A stretch of 64,000 bases of DNA. Origin: Tubulanus polymorphus. Its lineage: Eukaryota; Animalia; Nemertea. The stretch lies in contig NC_134030.1 of NCBI RefSeq assembly GCF_964204645.1, forward strand, positions 17,050,110-17,114,109, given 5' to 3'. Positions 47,718 through 60,448 of this stretch are shown piece by piece. Position numbers and translations under genes: made by a program. How positions within the stretch are numbered: the first letter of the stretch is position 1; each line of letters begins with the position of its first letter. Under the pieces are notes generated by a model. That model saw only the letters and a list, made by a program, of their open reading frames with translations, searched no databases and was not told where the DNA came from.

Positions 47718-50700
47718 CAGACCTGCCAACCTTGTGTCTGACTAAATCAGAACAATTTCATAAATTATCAGTAATTTTTGAAGTTTTTCAGTAACCAGCA
47801 TGCAATACTAAAACACTGTTATACTATATAAATCATTTTATTAATCAACGAAAAAAAAATTGTGATTGTCAGAACAATTAATACTGTAATAATTGATTCC
47901 CGGCAAATAAAAACAACTGAGACAAAACCGCTGCAAATTGATTAGCAAATACATCTTTTGAAAATTATCATATAAATTGTTCAACTTTCACGGACAATTG
48001 AACATTAATAAGCATAATACGATTATCGTTTCGATAAAGCTGCCGCTGTAGCCTTCTTAGCTTTCTCTAATTATTTCACGCTTGGATCATACTCATGACA
48101 AACAATGCCTTGAGCTTTCATGATGAGCAAACTTTCCAATGTCTTTTGTCCTAATGACGCTCTGAAGTCATTTCGATTCTTCCTGACGATACTAAAAATT
48201 CTCTCGCACTGCGCATTGGAAAATTCTCTCGCACTGCGCATTTGAAACTGGTATCAACAACACTTGAAGCATCACCCTGCTTTAAATAGTAAACCTGCAG
48301 AGAAAATATAATTTGGTGGATAAATTTATATTCTATACAACCAAGTTTCTCTACCCACTGTTTATGGATTATAGTTTTACTGTACACCTACATAAAACAT
48401 GTAGGCTTATAATCTAATAACACAGAAATAATTTTACGAGTAAACCCACCTCGTTGAACCAGTGAAGTCTTTCATTGTAGAAATAATCTTCCACTGTTCT
48501 TCAGCAGGCCGTTCTGTAGCACCGGCTGGTGAAGCCACAAAGAAATCATTAGGCAATTCTGCATCCATGACTGTCTGGTAGTCTAAGAACTCCATTTCCA
48601 GTAAATCCCGCTTATCATCTTCAAGCATGCAGGGGAATCTGTCAATGAAGTATTTCATGTCAAAGTACTGAACTTCACCCCTGAGCTTCACATCTGCCAC
48701 CTGGAAAGAGGAAAAGGGTCCATCTAATCACTTTGCAGTCATGATGCCTTATACAATGTATACTGACTGCACGGTTTTTTGATTTACAATTATAAAAGAA
48801 TATTTCCTCCCTGATATACTGCATTTAAATACCTTTGCATGTAGCCAAAGAGGCTCCTTAGCAGGATTGAATTTTTTCACCATGTAGTCACACGCCGCTT
48901 GGTAAAATGCCACAACATTTTTAAAAAACAACTTCTCTGTATCAGCGTTCACTGCATCTAAATATTTCCGAGTGTCATCTCCAATGGAAAGCTGGGCCTT
49001 ATCTTTTATGTTGTATCTAGATTTGAAATCTGCTTCCATTATGTGACCATGCATAGTAACTTGGGGCTTCACAAAACAAATAAGAATTGATTTAAACAGC
49101 CTTACAATAACCCTGTATATCTTGTGGATTTAACTCGCATCTGGCTGCAGGTATTCACCTGCGACTTCAAAGACCTGCAATTAAGAAAATGAATATTGTG
49201 CCCATTAAGTACCTCTAAGTTATTTCTGGGTTTCTATTTTGTGCTGTACTTTTAGCCAGACTGACCACCAGGCCAGGCAATTTTAATGTGTCTTTTAAAG
49301 TGCATGAATAATCAATCCTTTAATTAAACTTACTGAAATAGCCTTGCAGAGGAATGCACTGTACACCTTTGCTGTGCGCCGCTTTAAGAAGGAATACAAC
49401 TGAGTCTTTATTGATGCGGCAAAGAGTGGTATATCATCATCATTACCATCCCATTCTTCGGCATACCGATCATCATCACCATCATCGATTTCACATTCGG
49501 CAGCGAAAAACAGTTTCAAAGCTTACCACTGTTCAAGGAGGCGCTTTAATGCAGGTCCCATACTAAGCCATCGGGTGGCCACATGCTTCTGCATTTCATG
49601 TTCTGGTAAATCGCATGACTTTTGGAAAGCAACAAATCGTTGGTGTCTTCGTACCAGTGAAACAGACGGAGGATTTTTGTCGAAATCAAAGACATCCTGA
49701 AAAAAAAGAATAATCAACACTCCCTTAAGTTGACGATAAAATATAATTCTATGAAAAGTTACCAAACTTAGGCTTACCTTTATTGTGTTGATTGCTTTTT
49801 TGGTAGCCAGGTGTATGAGACGGTTGACACATCCTGCAAGGTGGACTTGGTTGTTTTTCTCTCTCACAAATTTTATAACACCTTTATGCTGTTCTGTCAT
49901 AACGCTACAATTATCAGACACCAATGACAACAGCCATGACCAATCAATATCTTTTTTTCCCAATTCCTGAGCTTTTACATTATATACAGCCTCTCCCGTA
50001 TGACTTTCATTCCAGATAGGATTACAGAGTAGTCTTGAACAAGTATTGAGGTTATTATCGATGTATCGCACTACAATGGGATAATACGTATCCGTTTTGA
50101 CAGTAGACCCATCAACTCCAAGGACAAATGGTTGATTACGCAAAAAGTTAGTGTTTGTATCTGAAATATCATCTGCTATGGCATTTGCAATATGGGTGGT
50201 TTTTTAGTTCTACCACAAGCGTACTTTTCAGCAGCAGGATGACCTGGGAACATCTTTCTAAACAAATCTCCGGCATGATCAGCAGCTGCAAGTGCAATGT
50301 TGTGTTCAACTAGAAATGTTGTAAATAGCGTCTCAGCCCGGATAGCGTCTAAGTCAAGACCAGACGATGCTGGAGTGAAAAAAACGACTTATCTTACCTG
50401 TTTGGTTCAAGTCCAGTATAGCGTGGAATAGTTCCCCGCTCAATGATACATTTTTAGAAAAGGAGTAATTCGGCTGCGTACTTTTCAAGACAAACCGACA
50501 TACCGACGAACCGACGAACCGACATACTCGTATTCCCTCGATCCAGCCACGGGTAATCCACGGAAAAACCCTGTCCCTCGATCCTAGCCACATTATATAA
50601 GGGTAATCCACAGAACCACGCAGCCCCTCGATCGCCACATTATATAAGGGTAATCCACGCAACCACGCAGCCCCTCGATCCCAGCCACTTTATATAAGGG

Positions 50701-53325
50701 TAATCCACGCAACCACGCAGCCCCTCGATCCTAGCCACTTTATATGAGGGAAATCGGCGGGTTATCCACGCATATACCCAGCCCCTCGATCCTAGCCACT
50801 TTATATGGGGGTAATCGGCGGGTAATCCACGCATATACCCAGCCCCTCGATCCCAGCCACTTTATATAAGGGTAATTCATGCACCACACAGCCCCTCGAT
50901 CCCAGCCAATTTATACAAGGGTAATACAGGTACATACCCAGCCCCTCGATCCCAGCCACTTAACATAAGGGTAACCCACGCATCACGCAGCCCCTCGATC
51001 CCAGCCACTTTATATAAGGGTAATCCACGCACGGATTTGTCGGTTTGTCGGTTCGTCGGTATGTCGGTATGTCGGTTCGTCGGTTTGTCGGTTCGTCGGT
51101 TTGTCTGTATGTCGGTTTGTCTGTATGTCGGTATGTTCGCACGTCCCTATGGCATAATGTCGTAAGATTCAATCAGTCCAATATTGGCGGATTAATTCCA
51201 AATACCAGTCCAATGTGATAAGTCCCTGCTGGAACTATTTAATGCTATAATGGACTTGAGCCACATGTTTTTGCGTTAGTCTTATGTTTTTTTCGTCTCC
51301 AAATGACGCTGTATGTCAGTTATACCGCCGTGCGCTATGTTAATAGACGGACGCCGGGCGCCCGGAGGACGTCCCTTTGGTAAACGTGTATATGTGGATA
51401 CTACGAAGTGTCTTCTTAACCGATTCTGACTAGCTGACAAAGTCAGAAAAAATGACGTCACTTGACGTCCGGTTTGAAGTTCATGGGGAAATCGGAAGTA
51501 GAATTACGTCACGCTAAAATCCGGCATTCCACTAACTAAAATACGGTAACTTATGGATCGGGTTATTTGAGAATGTATTAATTTCATGAAATTTCGAACA
51601 AGATTGGGTCGATGAATAGTTTAACAATGAACCGCGTTGATCGATCGAGTTGAAAATAGCTGAAATTCCCTTAGCAACAGGAGCGAATTCATAATAACAA
51701 AACGCGGCCGCGGCCCGGTGCCACGCGGTTCGGCGCGCAGGTTCGAATCCCGGAGAATTACGCTCTCGCGCCCGCAGCTGTCATTCCCAGCCGCGTCACT
51801 GAAATACACTTTTTAATCAAAAGTAATGACCCTAAAAACTGCGGTGAGAGTCGCGTTAGAGTCGTAAAATTTCTCGGCCAGCGCGGCGGCGGATCGGCAC
51901 GGCGTAGTCTCGCTCTCGAGCAGCAGCAACAACATCGCGGTCGGCAAAAACATTAGTCTCTGCCCCTTCTTCACCAAGTAAGGAATTCGGAACCGCTGGC
52001 CGCGTGCACTGCTTAATTTGAACCGTATTCCCGGCGGATTAGAAAGAAATGCATATTTTTCGCAAGAGAAATCAATTTTTGTACTGACATTCGCATTTCC
52101 TGCTAATTCGAGTTTTTTCTAGCAGAAAATAATTTTCCGATTTGTGCGTTTCAACGAGTATTCGATTTTTTTCTTTTTGAAGGCAATTAAGAAATGCGTT
52201 GTAATCTTCTCATCTTCCTTTTATTTCCAAATGGAGTTAATTTCTAAATTAACTACCAGGTCAAAATTCTTCAATATTGCAAAAACCCCTCTCAGTTTCC
52301 ACCATAGAAATGTCATTGGTTACATTATGGTTTCACAAAGAGTTTTAAACCATTCAAAAATGACACTTAATCTAAATCGAAAGAATTATCTTTTTAGCAG
52401 ACAGTGGTACCGAGACCTAATTTATAAGAAATTTTTCAAGTTTTTTTCTCGCAAAAATTAAAATATTAAATTTCATTTGATCTTATAATATAAGATTAAA
52501 GAATTATGAGGTTTGATTCATTTCTGAAATTTGGGCTTATAATATATCAAGCCCAAATTTCAGAAATGAATCAAAACTTACAGTTACAGAGTTACAGTTT
52601 CATCTTCTTTCTTCCCACCCCTTAACTCGAGCATTAATTTTAAATTTTCCAAGTTTTGACTAAGAATTGATTTAATTTCTTCATTAATTCATTGCTTTGG
52701 GTTAAACAACAGTAAAATTTCAATATAAAATATTGGAGTTGATTCTCTTTCCAGTTTCATTAACAACATTTAAGTGTGTTCCTTGTCACTGACAATATTT
52801 TGAGTGTTTTCGACTTCGTTACCCCGTACTTGAGGTTGTCCCCAATCGCTTCAATCATTTCTTACTATGAAAAATTGAATCAAGCTGTGACGAGGCGTCC
52901 GTCACTTAGATTTCATCTATTACATATTAATTTAATTTGTTTATCATCGACCAAATAAAGCAAAATCGTTATTACAAAAAATACTGCTTTTGCAAGCAAC
53001 GTTGATATATGTTACAGCAGATGCGCTGTTGTGTTGTGCTGTATAGTAAGGCGCTCGCGCAATGTATAGGTTGCCACGGTGACAGCCGGCGCCAGGCGCG
53101 TGTATGTCAGCTCACACCAGCGGTCTGTGTACACAAACTGCTCGCGTGGCGTGCCGATAATCAAATCATCTTTCGTCATTTTTAAAGAATATCGTAACGA
53201 CGCTAGAATTTTCCGTAGAACGTAATGAACATAAAATCGTAATTTTGAACACCCAATCGTAACATCGTAATTTGTAATGTCAATCCGTAACGATTACGGG
53301 AAAATCGTAACAGTTGGCAGGTCTG
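47718..53325 (-). mobile_element. hAT-superfamily transposon, 5.6 kb, 6-bp TSD, decayed intron-containing transposase
   Basis: TIR cagacctgccaac / gttggcaggtctg; TSD agaaag on both sides. Fragments LGVDGST, SDNCSVM, GCVNRLIHL, KHVATRWLS and a BED-like HLETKKH. Confidence 0.85.
50488..51148. repeat. Minisatellite array (about 50-bp unit, about 10 copies) flanked by inverted 8-mer microsatellite arms
   Basis: Unit cagcccctcgatcccagccactttatataagggtaatccacgcaaccacg; left arm (ccgac[a/g]aa)n-like, right arm (tt[t/c]gtcgg)n-like; lies inside the hAT transposase. Confidence 0.85.
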
Positions 53326-54726
53326 AGAAAGGCTTAAATCAATAAGATCTTTATTTGTTGTAGTGCCTTTTATTTCATTTTTGATATTCAGTTTGTCAAT
53401 TTCCAAAACTTTAATACCTTTCAGGCTCTCTCTTGATGTTTTGCATAAAATGTCTTGTGCATCTGAAGTGATGGGAATGATAAGTTCACTTTACCCATCG
53501 GTGCCATATGCTAGGATGTCCTTGACATAAGGATTTTTACATCAGATTTCAAATTACATCAAACAAATGTGAATATGCATCCGCAGTTTTATGGTAATGA
53601 ATTAGAATAGGTCCAGTAACTAGGGGTCCATGGACACCACGCCCACTTGGGAAATGGTTCAAAATGCTGAACTATCTAACAAATTCACTATTCAACACCC
53701 CCGGGGGCCCTATACAACTAAGGGTCCAAGGACACCTGGAAACACTACAATATAGAGAACATGGCACCATCTACAACTATCCTAGGGATTGTGATAACGT
53801 TGGAAATGTCCACACATAAATACTAGGTTGGGGAATGACTGCATAGATTTGAGTAGGTCAAGAACCAGTGCGATGTTCAAATTCCAAATGAAAAATTGCA
53901 TATAAGCCAATATTCAAGTGTTGATTAAAAAAGATAAAAAGAAAAGAAATGGAATGAATGGATATATTTTTATTTGTCCACAAAAAGAGTTGCACTGATA
54001 GGAGTATTACACATTAAGTGAAGTAACAAAATGCAAAGTAGAATACATGTACATATGTAAGTGAAAATATACAATATGTTACGGAATTCTTAGAAAACTG
54101 AGCAAAATTTGCAGGGCGGGTATTAGAGAGTTGTTAGAAGAGGGAAATAAGGAAGACAGTGGACAGTTTGAAAATTCAAAGAAAGATATGTATTGAATAG
54201 TGTAGTAACAAAAATTATTATAGTTGATAAGTGCCATGTTTGATTAGGAATCTGAGCAATGTGGAAGTCATGTAATCAATAAAAAGAATAACCGGTATAT
54301 GAAATATCAGATGAGTATTTTTGTCCAACAAATACAAGGTATAAATCAATACAGAACCATGATTCCATCTGGGTGTCAATGCTGCATCTTAAATGCGATA
54401 AGTATAATTAATAAAACTTTACTTAAGCTATATTCAGTAGACAAATACACCATGAGACGAAATAAATTTTCGAACACAAAAACATCTCGTTGATTGGATG
54501 AAAACAAATAGTCTGGTTAGTTTCACATGAAGTCAAAATTGTGCATTGCATGAGGGAAAAAGTTTGTGTTATTCAAAAGTACGTTAGACAAGAAAAATAC
54601 GAGTATTTGATCTAATGAAGCAATTGAATGAGTTTGTTTTAGTGAAGGCTCATAGAATACAGTTTAGATGTCAAAAAACACTTGAGATTACTCTTCAAAA
54701 TGTAAGGTTTTTTCGAAAGGCAAGGT

Positions 54727-56856
54727 AAACTTAATCGGAAGGTTTGATTTTCTTAATGATGCCTGTTTGGGGATCAAACTCAACAGTTGATTTAAATGGC
54801 AGGATATCGAAGATATCATCCAAAATGATAAGACCTAATGAATCAATTAAGAAAGTATTGTCAATTGATAAATTGGTCGGAGAAGTAACTATCTTGATAG
54901 TTTCTGCATCATCTCCAATGCCTTTAATGAATAACTCTTTAGATGTTGGTGCAGCCGCTTCAACCTAGGGGAAAAAGAAATTACATAAGCTGACTATTAG
55001 TAGATGCTATATGATAATGTGAACAAAGTATAGGAAAAGAAGAGCAAAGGTAAGAGACATACCACAAAATCATCAGGTCTATTAACTGACAAAATATTTT
55101 GATTATCACGGTTGTCATCAGGGTGTCACTAAACCTAAGACCCCCTAAACCTAAGACCTAAGACCCGTTAGGTCTTATGTTTAGGGGGTCTTAGGTTTAG
55201 TGACACCTATATATAATATACTAAACCTAAGACCCATAAACCTAAGACCCAAAAGTACACAAATAATGATTTAGAGTCGGGTCTTAGGTTTATGGGTCTT
55301 AGGTTTAGTGACACCTATATAATATACTAAACCTAAGACCCATAAACCTTAGACCCCCAAATATCTCGTCTCTGATAAATAAAATACTATACTATACTAG
55401 GTTTATTAGGTTATTTAGGTTTATTACCCGACTCTAAATCATTATTTGTGTACTTTAGACTATTCAAAATGGTTCTAATATATAGATATTAGTTAAAATG
55501 ATCCATCGATGGCCTATTTAAATTTGGTTCATTTATCAGAGACGAGATATTTGGGGGTCTTAGGTTTATGGGTCTTAGGTTTAGTATATTATATATAGGT
55601 GTCACTAAACCTAAGACCCATAAACATAAGACCTGGCTCTAATTCGTTATTTGTGTACTTTGGACGAGATATTTGGGGGTCTTAGGTTTATGGGTCTTAG
55701 GTTTAGTATATTATATATAGGTGTCACTAAACCTAAGACCCCCTAAATATAAGACCTAACGGGTCTTAGGTTTAGGGGGTCTTAGGTTTAGTGACACCCG
55801 TTGTCATCAGTAACCACGGCGTCTCTCACAAGGACATTATCCCCTGGATTAACAGTGACATTGGTAGCCGCATTCCACAATTTGATTTGTATCTCACCAG
55901 TGTTGTCTTTCACTTTTAGTTTTCAGACTTTGCCATTCTGATTATACAAATCTCCCTGTAGAAAAAGATATGAAATTTTGTTTGAATCTTGTATAGGCAG
56001 TAAAGGGTCCACAAATATAAGGGAAAATAAGATTGGAAGCGAATATATAAGCGAAGTTGATAACAGATCGGGTTTAGACATAAATATTAATACGTGTAAG
56101 TGTGTATATATGTATATATCTAAACATATCTGCCGATATAGTATTTTTTTTGTTGAAACTTTCGAGCCATGCATATAGTTTATCATATTACATGTATATC
56201 AGTGCTAGTTTTTTTCTCACTTTGTAACATGTATGTATGTATAAATTTCAGTCACAAACAGTGCAATTGTTTATACTGAATAAATATTTGAATTTGAATT
56301 TATAAAATTCAAATAAATTTCATTACTAAAATGAAAGAATATAAAATTTAAGCATTAATTGAATTATTCCTTACATTATCAAATTAAAGTCAATTTTATT
56401 CAAACGCAATGAGAAGAGTTTTAATTGATTCATAGTTAAAAACATACTCACACTTACAACTGTCCCCTTGAATGAAACTTTTCTCTTGCTGGGACTACTC
56501 AAAACTTCACCAGCTGAAATCACAGGATTCTCCGGAGCCTCGAAGATATCGGTAGCCTGCTTGAAGTCATCATCGGAGAGAGGTTCCGCCACACCAGTTT
56601 GAAATAGCTCATGGCTATTGAAAACCAATATAGAGGAACCTTCCAATTTTAATGTTTTAAAATGAATCTTACGATTTGGCTCGAAGAAGGAATAATATCG
56701 CTCGGGATAAACGAAGCATTTAAGAAAACTGCCATCAGATTTTCTGACAGTGGCTTTTATGTATGATACAGTGTTCTTGTTGAAACCACTCTACGATAAA
56801 ACCTTTGATTTTAACACAGCACATCGAAACTGCCGGAAGCCATTTGCATTGAGGAT
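54727..56856 (-). pseudogene. Spliced OB-fold (RPA/ssDNA-binding-like) pseudogene
   Basis: Exons about 56450-56856, 55062-55957 (interrupted) and 54727-54965 with GT-AG ends. Protein pieces KVSFKGTVVS and KLKVKDNTGEIQIKLWN..VNPGDNVLVRDAVV are OB-fold-like; in-frame stops present. Confidence 0.55.
55121..55799. mobile_element. Foldback/Mutator-like MITE built from taaacctaagacc repeats, 10-bp TSD
   Basis: TIR gggtgtcactaaacctaagaccccctaaa; gttgtcatca duplicated at 55111-55120 and 55800-55809. Confidence 0.88.
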
Positions 56857-56962
56857 CTAGAATAGACAAACATAAAAAAAGAACTAACGTCTTGTTCATT
56901 CAATGTGATATGAATTCAAAGCTATATGCACTTCGATTCCTGAATTAATAATATGATATAAT

Positions 56963-59900
56963 CAGGGATGAAAACAGGAGGTATTGAAATCCGCGGAAAT
57001 TTTGAAACATTATGAATTTACCTTTACACTATATAACCTACTGGAAAACATTTAATAATTCACTGACGATATATTATTCCTAATTGAAAAGCGATCGCCG
57101 TACGGAACGAAGTGGCGCTAGCAGTCGGTACTGAGGCATCATAATGATAAGCCATGTGAACACAGTGGCGCTAGCAGTCGGTACTCGGGAATTCTTATTT
57201 CAACGCCGGCGCGGTCCATTGCTAATAGGATAACGATTCTCATTTCCTCGGCTAAGAAAAGGGGGCCTTTGAATTATTAAGTAACGGATTCTGAAATTCA
57301 CTCCTGGACACAAACCAATAACACAATGATAATCCGATAAGGGTATCTTTTTGAGTTTTATTATTTTAACACAAAAGAAGAGATATTAAACTATTTAATT
57401 TGCCATATTATACAGTATTACAATCACACGGGATCCAGAACACGCAGGAATCAGTTTAACCGTAAACTTTCAAACAATTTAGATTAAACTCGTTTAAGAG
57501 TCCAGTTTAACCATCTCTCGTTCTGAAACTATTTTCACTTACAACGGACAAACACGAATTAAAGCCATGAATTACAGGTTAAGGACAAAGAATATAAGCC
57601 GAACAAAAATTCAATTTCTACTGTAACGCCGACGCTTCTCTGATAATTTCTGAAGAATCTCATTTCGATCGGCCCTTTTGGCTTTGGCCTGGGCGGCTGC
57701 TGCATGAACGATCCTAGCTCTTTTCGCCGTCTCGATATTCGTTTTTCTTGCTTTTCGTTTTGAGATTGTTTCAGTTTTCCGTGCTTGGATCGCTTTTCTT
57801 TTGTTTCTTCGAGTTCTTGCTTATAAACTTGTGCAGCTGAAGCCATGTTTACGTTCAAACCCGTGGGACGGATGGGATCGCGGCGAATGTCATTTCTTTT
57901 GAAAAAATCCACAGCCGACTTTCCAGCCAACGAATACTTCACTGTCTGTAAGGCACTGTATGTTGATATATTCAACCGGTTGGATGTAGTATCCACAATA
58001 TTCGACATTTCGCTGAATGAACTTTCAACTAGTGGGCATGTGAAGCAACTTAGGAGCGCAAATACCATTTTTGAAAGATTAGGATATGCTTTAGCCAATT
58101 GCGACATTTGTCTAAGCACCGGTATTGACTCGTCAGAAATAGCTTCTGGGAGTGTCTTGTCAGCCGTGTAACGGTGTACCTCAAGTTGGTAGCCATCAAC
58201 CTCATCTGAATTCAGAACATGTGTTGCTATATTTGGCAAATCCTTTAGATATTTCAAGGTCAAGGTATGACCGCGACATGCTGGATCAATTGCAGCTATA
58301 CGTAACAGTGTCTTACTGTTAAGCGGTAGTTTCTTTGCCAAATATTTAGCACAAGAGATGTAGGCCTTTCTGACTTCGTCGTAAAATTCATTGACAAGTG
58401 GATCTTTTGGATTCTCACTGATAAGTTTTGAGGCTTTGTCTCCAACAAACATTTCACCCGGTTTCATCGTACAAAGATCGATATCGACACTAACTAATTT
58501 TCGATCATCGGCAGGGATCTTGTCAGGCCGAATAAAGCAACAAGAGAAATTCCCGGACTACACTGACTTGTTCATCAATAAGCTTATGTATCAACGGCTC
58601 TCGCTTATGAACTTTCAGAACGTATTTTTTCAGAACAGGCAAAACTGAAATCAGGAAATTCAGGTACATAACTGTCCGTTTTCGGTCGACAAACAATCGA
58701 TCGGTAATTCGATTTTTTCTTGCTTTTCGTCCTCAGTAAGTTTCTTGTTTTTTTACAGTTGACTGTATCTCTTTAATGCGATCTCGTGCAGGTTCTGAAA
58801 TACCCAAGCGCCGATAGATTTCTACGCAACGGGCTAGATATATAACATGATCACCTGGATTCAAAAAACCGTTCTAACATACGTTCTAAATCAACAGCGG
58901 CATCGTGCAAAGACAGCCACCTGGTTACAACATATCTTTCGGGCATCGTGAAGTGAAATCCTAACAAAGAACATATTTCACGAAGGTAATCATCGCGCAA
59001 GTCAGGTGACCATTTCAAATCATTGTACAGATCTGTAATTACACGAATCAACAAGAACGGACATTAAATGATCATAAGATATCTGCTGACGGTCCAACTC
59101 ACCAATGACCTCGTTAAAAATACTTTCACTTTTAGCCGAGATGACCTCAAGTGAAGAGACATGACGAAACACGATTTTTTTTCTCGACGGGTGAATAAAA
59201 ACTGGCGAGAATAGAAAGAACTTTTTTCAGACTTCAACTTGTTGCTTCATCGATGTTGAGAGAGAAGAAGTTCTCATTTAGTTCTTCATTTAGCTGATCT
59301 GAAAATGTCTTGGCCAAGCCATGTTTCATTTTGTACGATGCTGTAACTCTGGACATTTGTAAGTGCGACAGGGCATTTCTGTCTTTACATAAGGCTTTAA
59401 TCAGATCTATCACATCCGGAACAATGCTAAATGACATGTTTTTGTCGGCAATGAATGCAAGCAGCATAGCCTCAGAATGAAGAACCCGGTCCTGCACTGG
59501 AATGAAAGGTTCAACTTTCGGACGACTGCTCTCATTTACAGTGGATGGTGAATCTTTAAATGCTTGCCAAAGAACATACGGTTTCTCCTGTTGTGATGTT
59601 GAAGACCCTGCAAGGTAAACATTGAAGACTCAATCGATTGTCTGTTTTTATTTATTCTTAGACCGAATGTGTAGGCCTCAAATTATTTGATCTAATTTCA
59701 TATCTAAAAGCTGCAAATAAAATTCTACAGCCGGGATTCCTGCAGAAATTTTTTCCACAGAACAAACTAAGGTACCGACCAGGTAAAGTTTTTGGTTCAA
59801 AAACAAAGGAGGCATACCTAGTAGTTTGTAATTACTTATTCTGTCTTTATCTATATCTTTGTGTTTTTTTTGCTTTTACGTGATCAGTAATAGCAACCTT

Positions 59901-60448
59901 TCCCCGTGCACCATAGTTTATTTCGCTGTTGCACCAGATGCATAATGCTATTCCAGCAACGCTGATTTTTCTTATACATTCAGCGAGGGGAACATCGTCG
60001 ATAACGGTCTCTAACCAATTCCATTTCCACGGATTTTTTTATCCTTTATCAACCCCCCGATGGGTCTACAGAAGAGCACCTGTCTATGATCTTACGATCC
60101 ATGACGAACAAACTGCTAATAGCACCCCAGCATTCAAAACAAAACTACGGCGCGGGAAGCTTAATACAATAGACAGACAGGTAGACTTGGTGATACGCGC
60201 ACGCTAATAGTTTTCACGTTAGATTGATGATTTTTTTTACGCACACAATCTGATCGTACATCGTAGCGATATAAAAATAGAACGCTTTTACGGTTCGGTT
60301 CGGTAGGCCTATGTTATCGCTAACGATATCTGATTCAGAGAGAGTGTCACTGAGTCCACCACCCCCCCCCCCCCATTTCTCAACGGATTTGCACTGATCT
60401 CAATAATGATAAAAATGGGCCCTTGTCCGCGGAAGATTTTCATCCCTG
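56963..60448 (-). mobile_element. Second hAT-superfamily transposon, 3.5 kb, decayed transposase
   Basis: TIR cagggatgaaaa / ttttcatccctg with tataat on both flanks. Fragments FSLNIDEATS, YVVTRWLS, LSCFTCPLVESSFSEM and a BED-like CIWC..H..KKH. Confidence 0.82.

Larger units (their letters stand above)
46515..53600 (-). pseudogene. Decayed MULE-like transposase with SWIM finger, split by the hAT insertion at 47718-53325
   Basis: AYGTDG (about 53500), ...DLIDLSLS|EFDERFNELKNKW joined across the insertion, YTNSSESTNAKI (47338-47613), SWIM-like CAQYKFHSLCSHTVAVAE (about 47000). Confidence 0.7.

Noticed and set aside
50535-51030. CRISPR-like regularly spaced repeats
   Set aside because: The sequence between the conserved cores is itself repeated, so there are no unique spacers; no cas genes; eukaryotic context.
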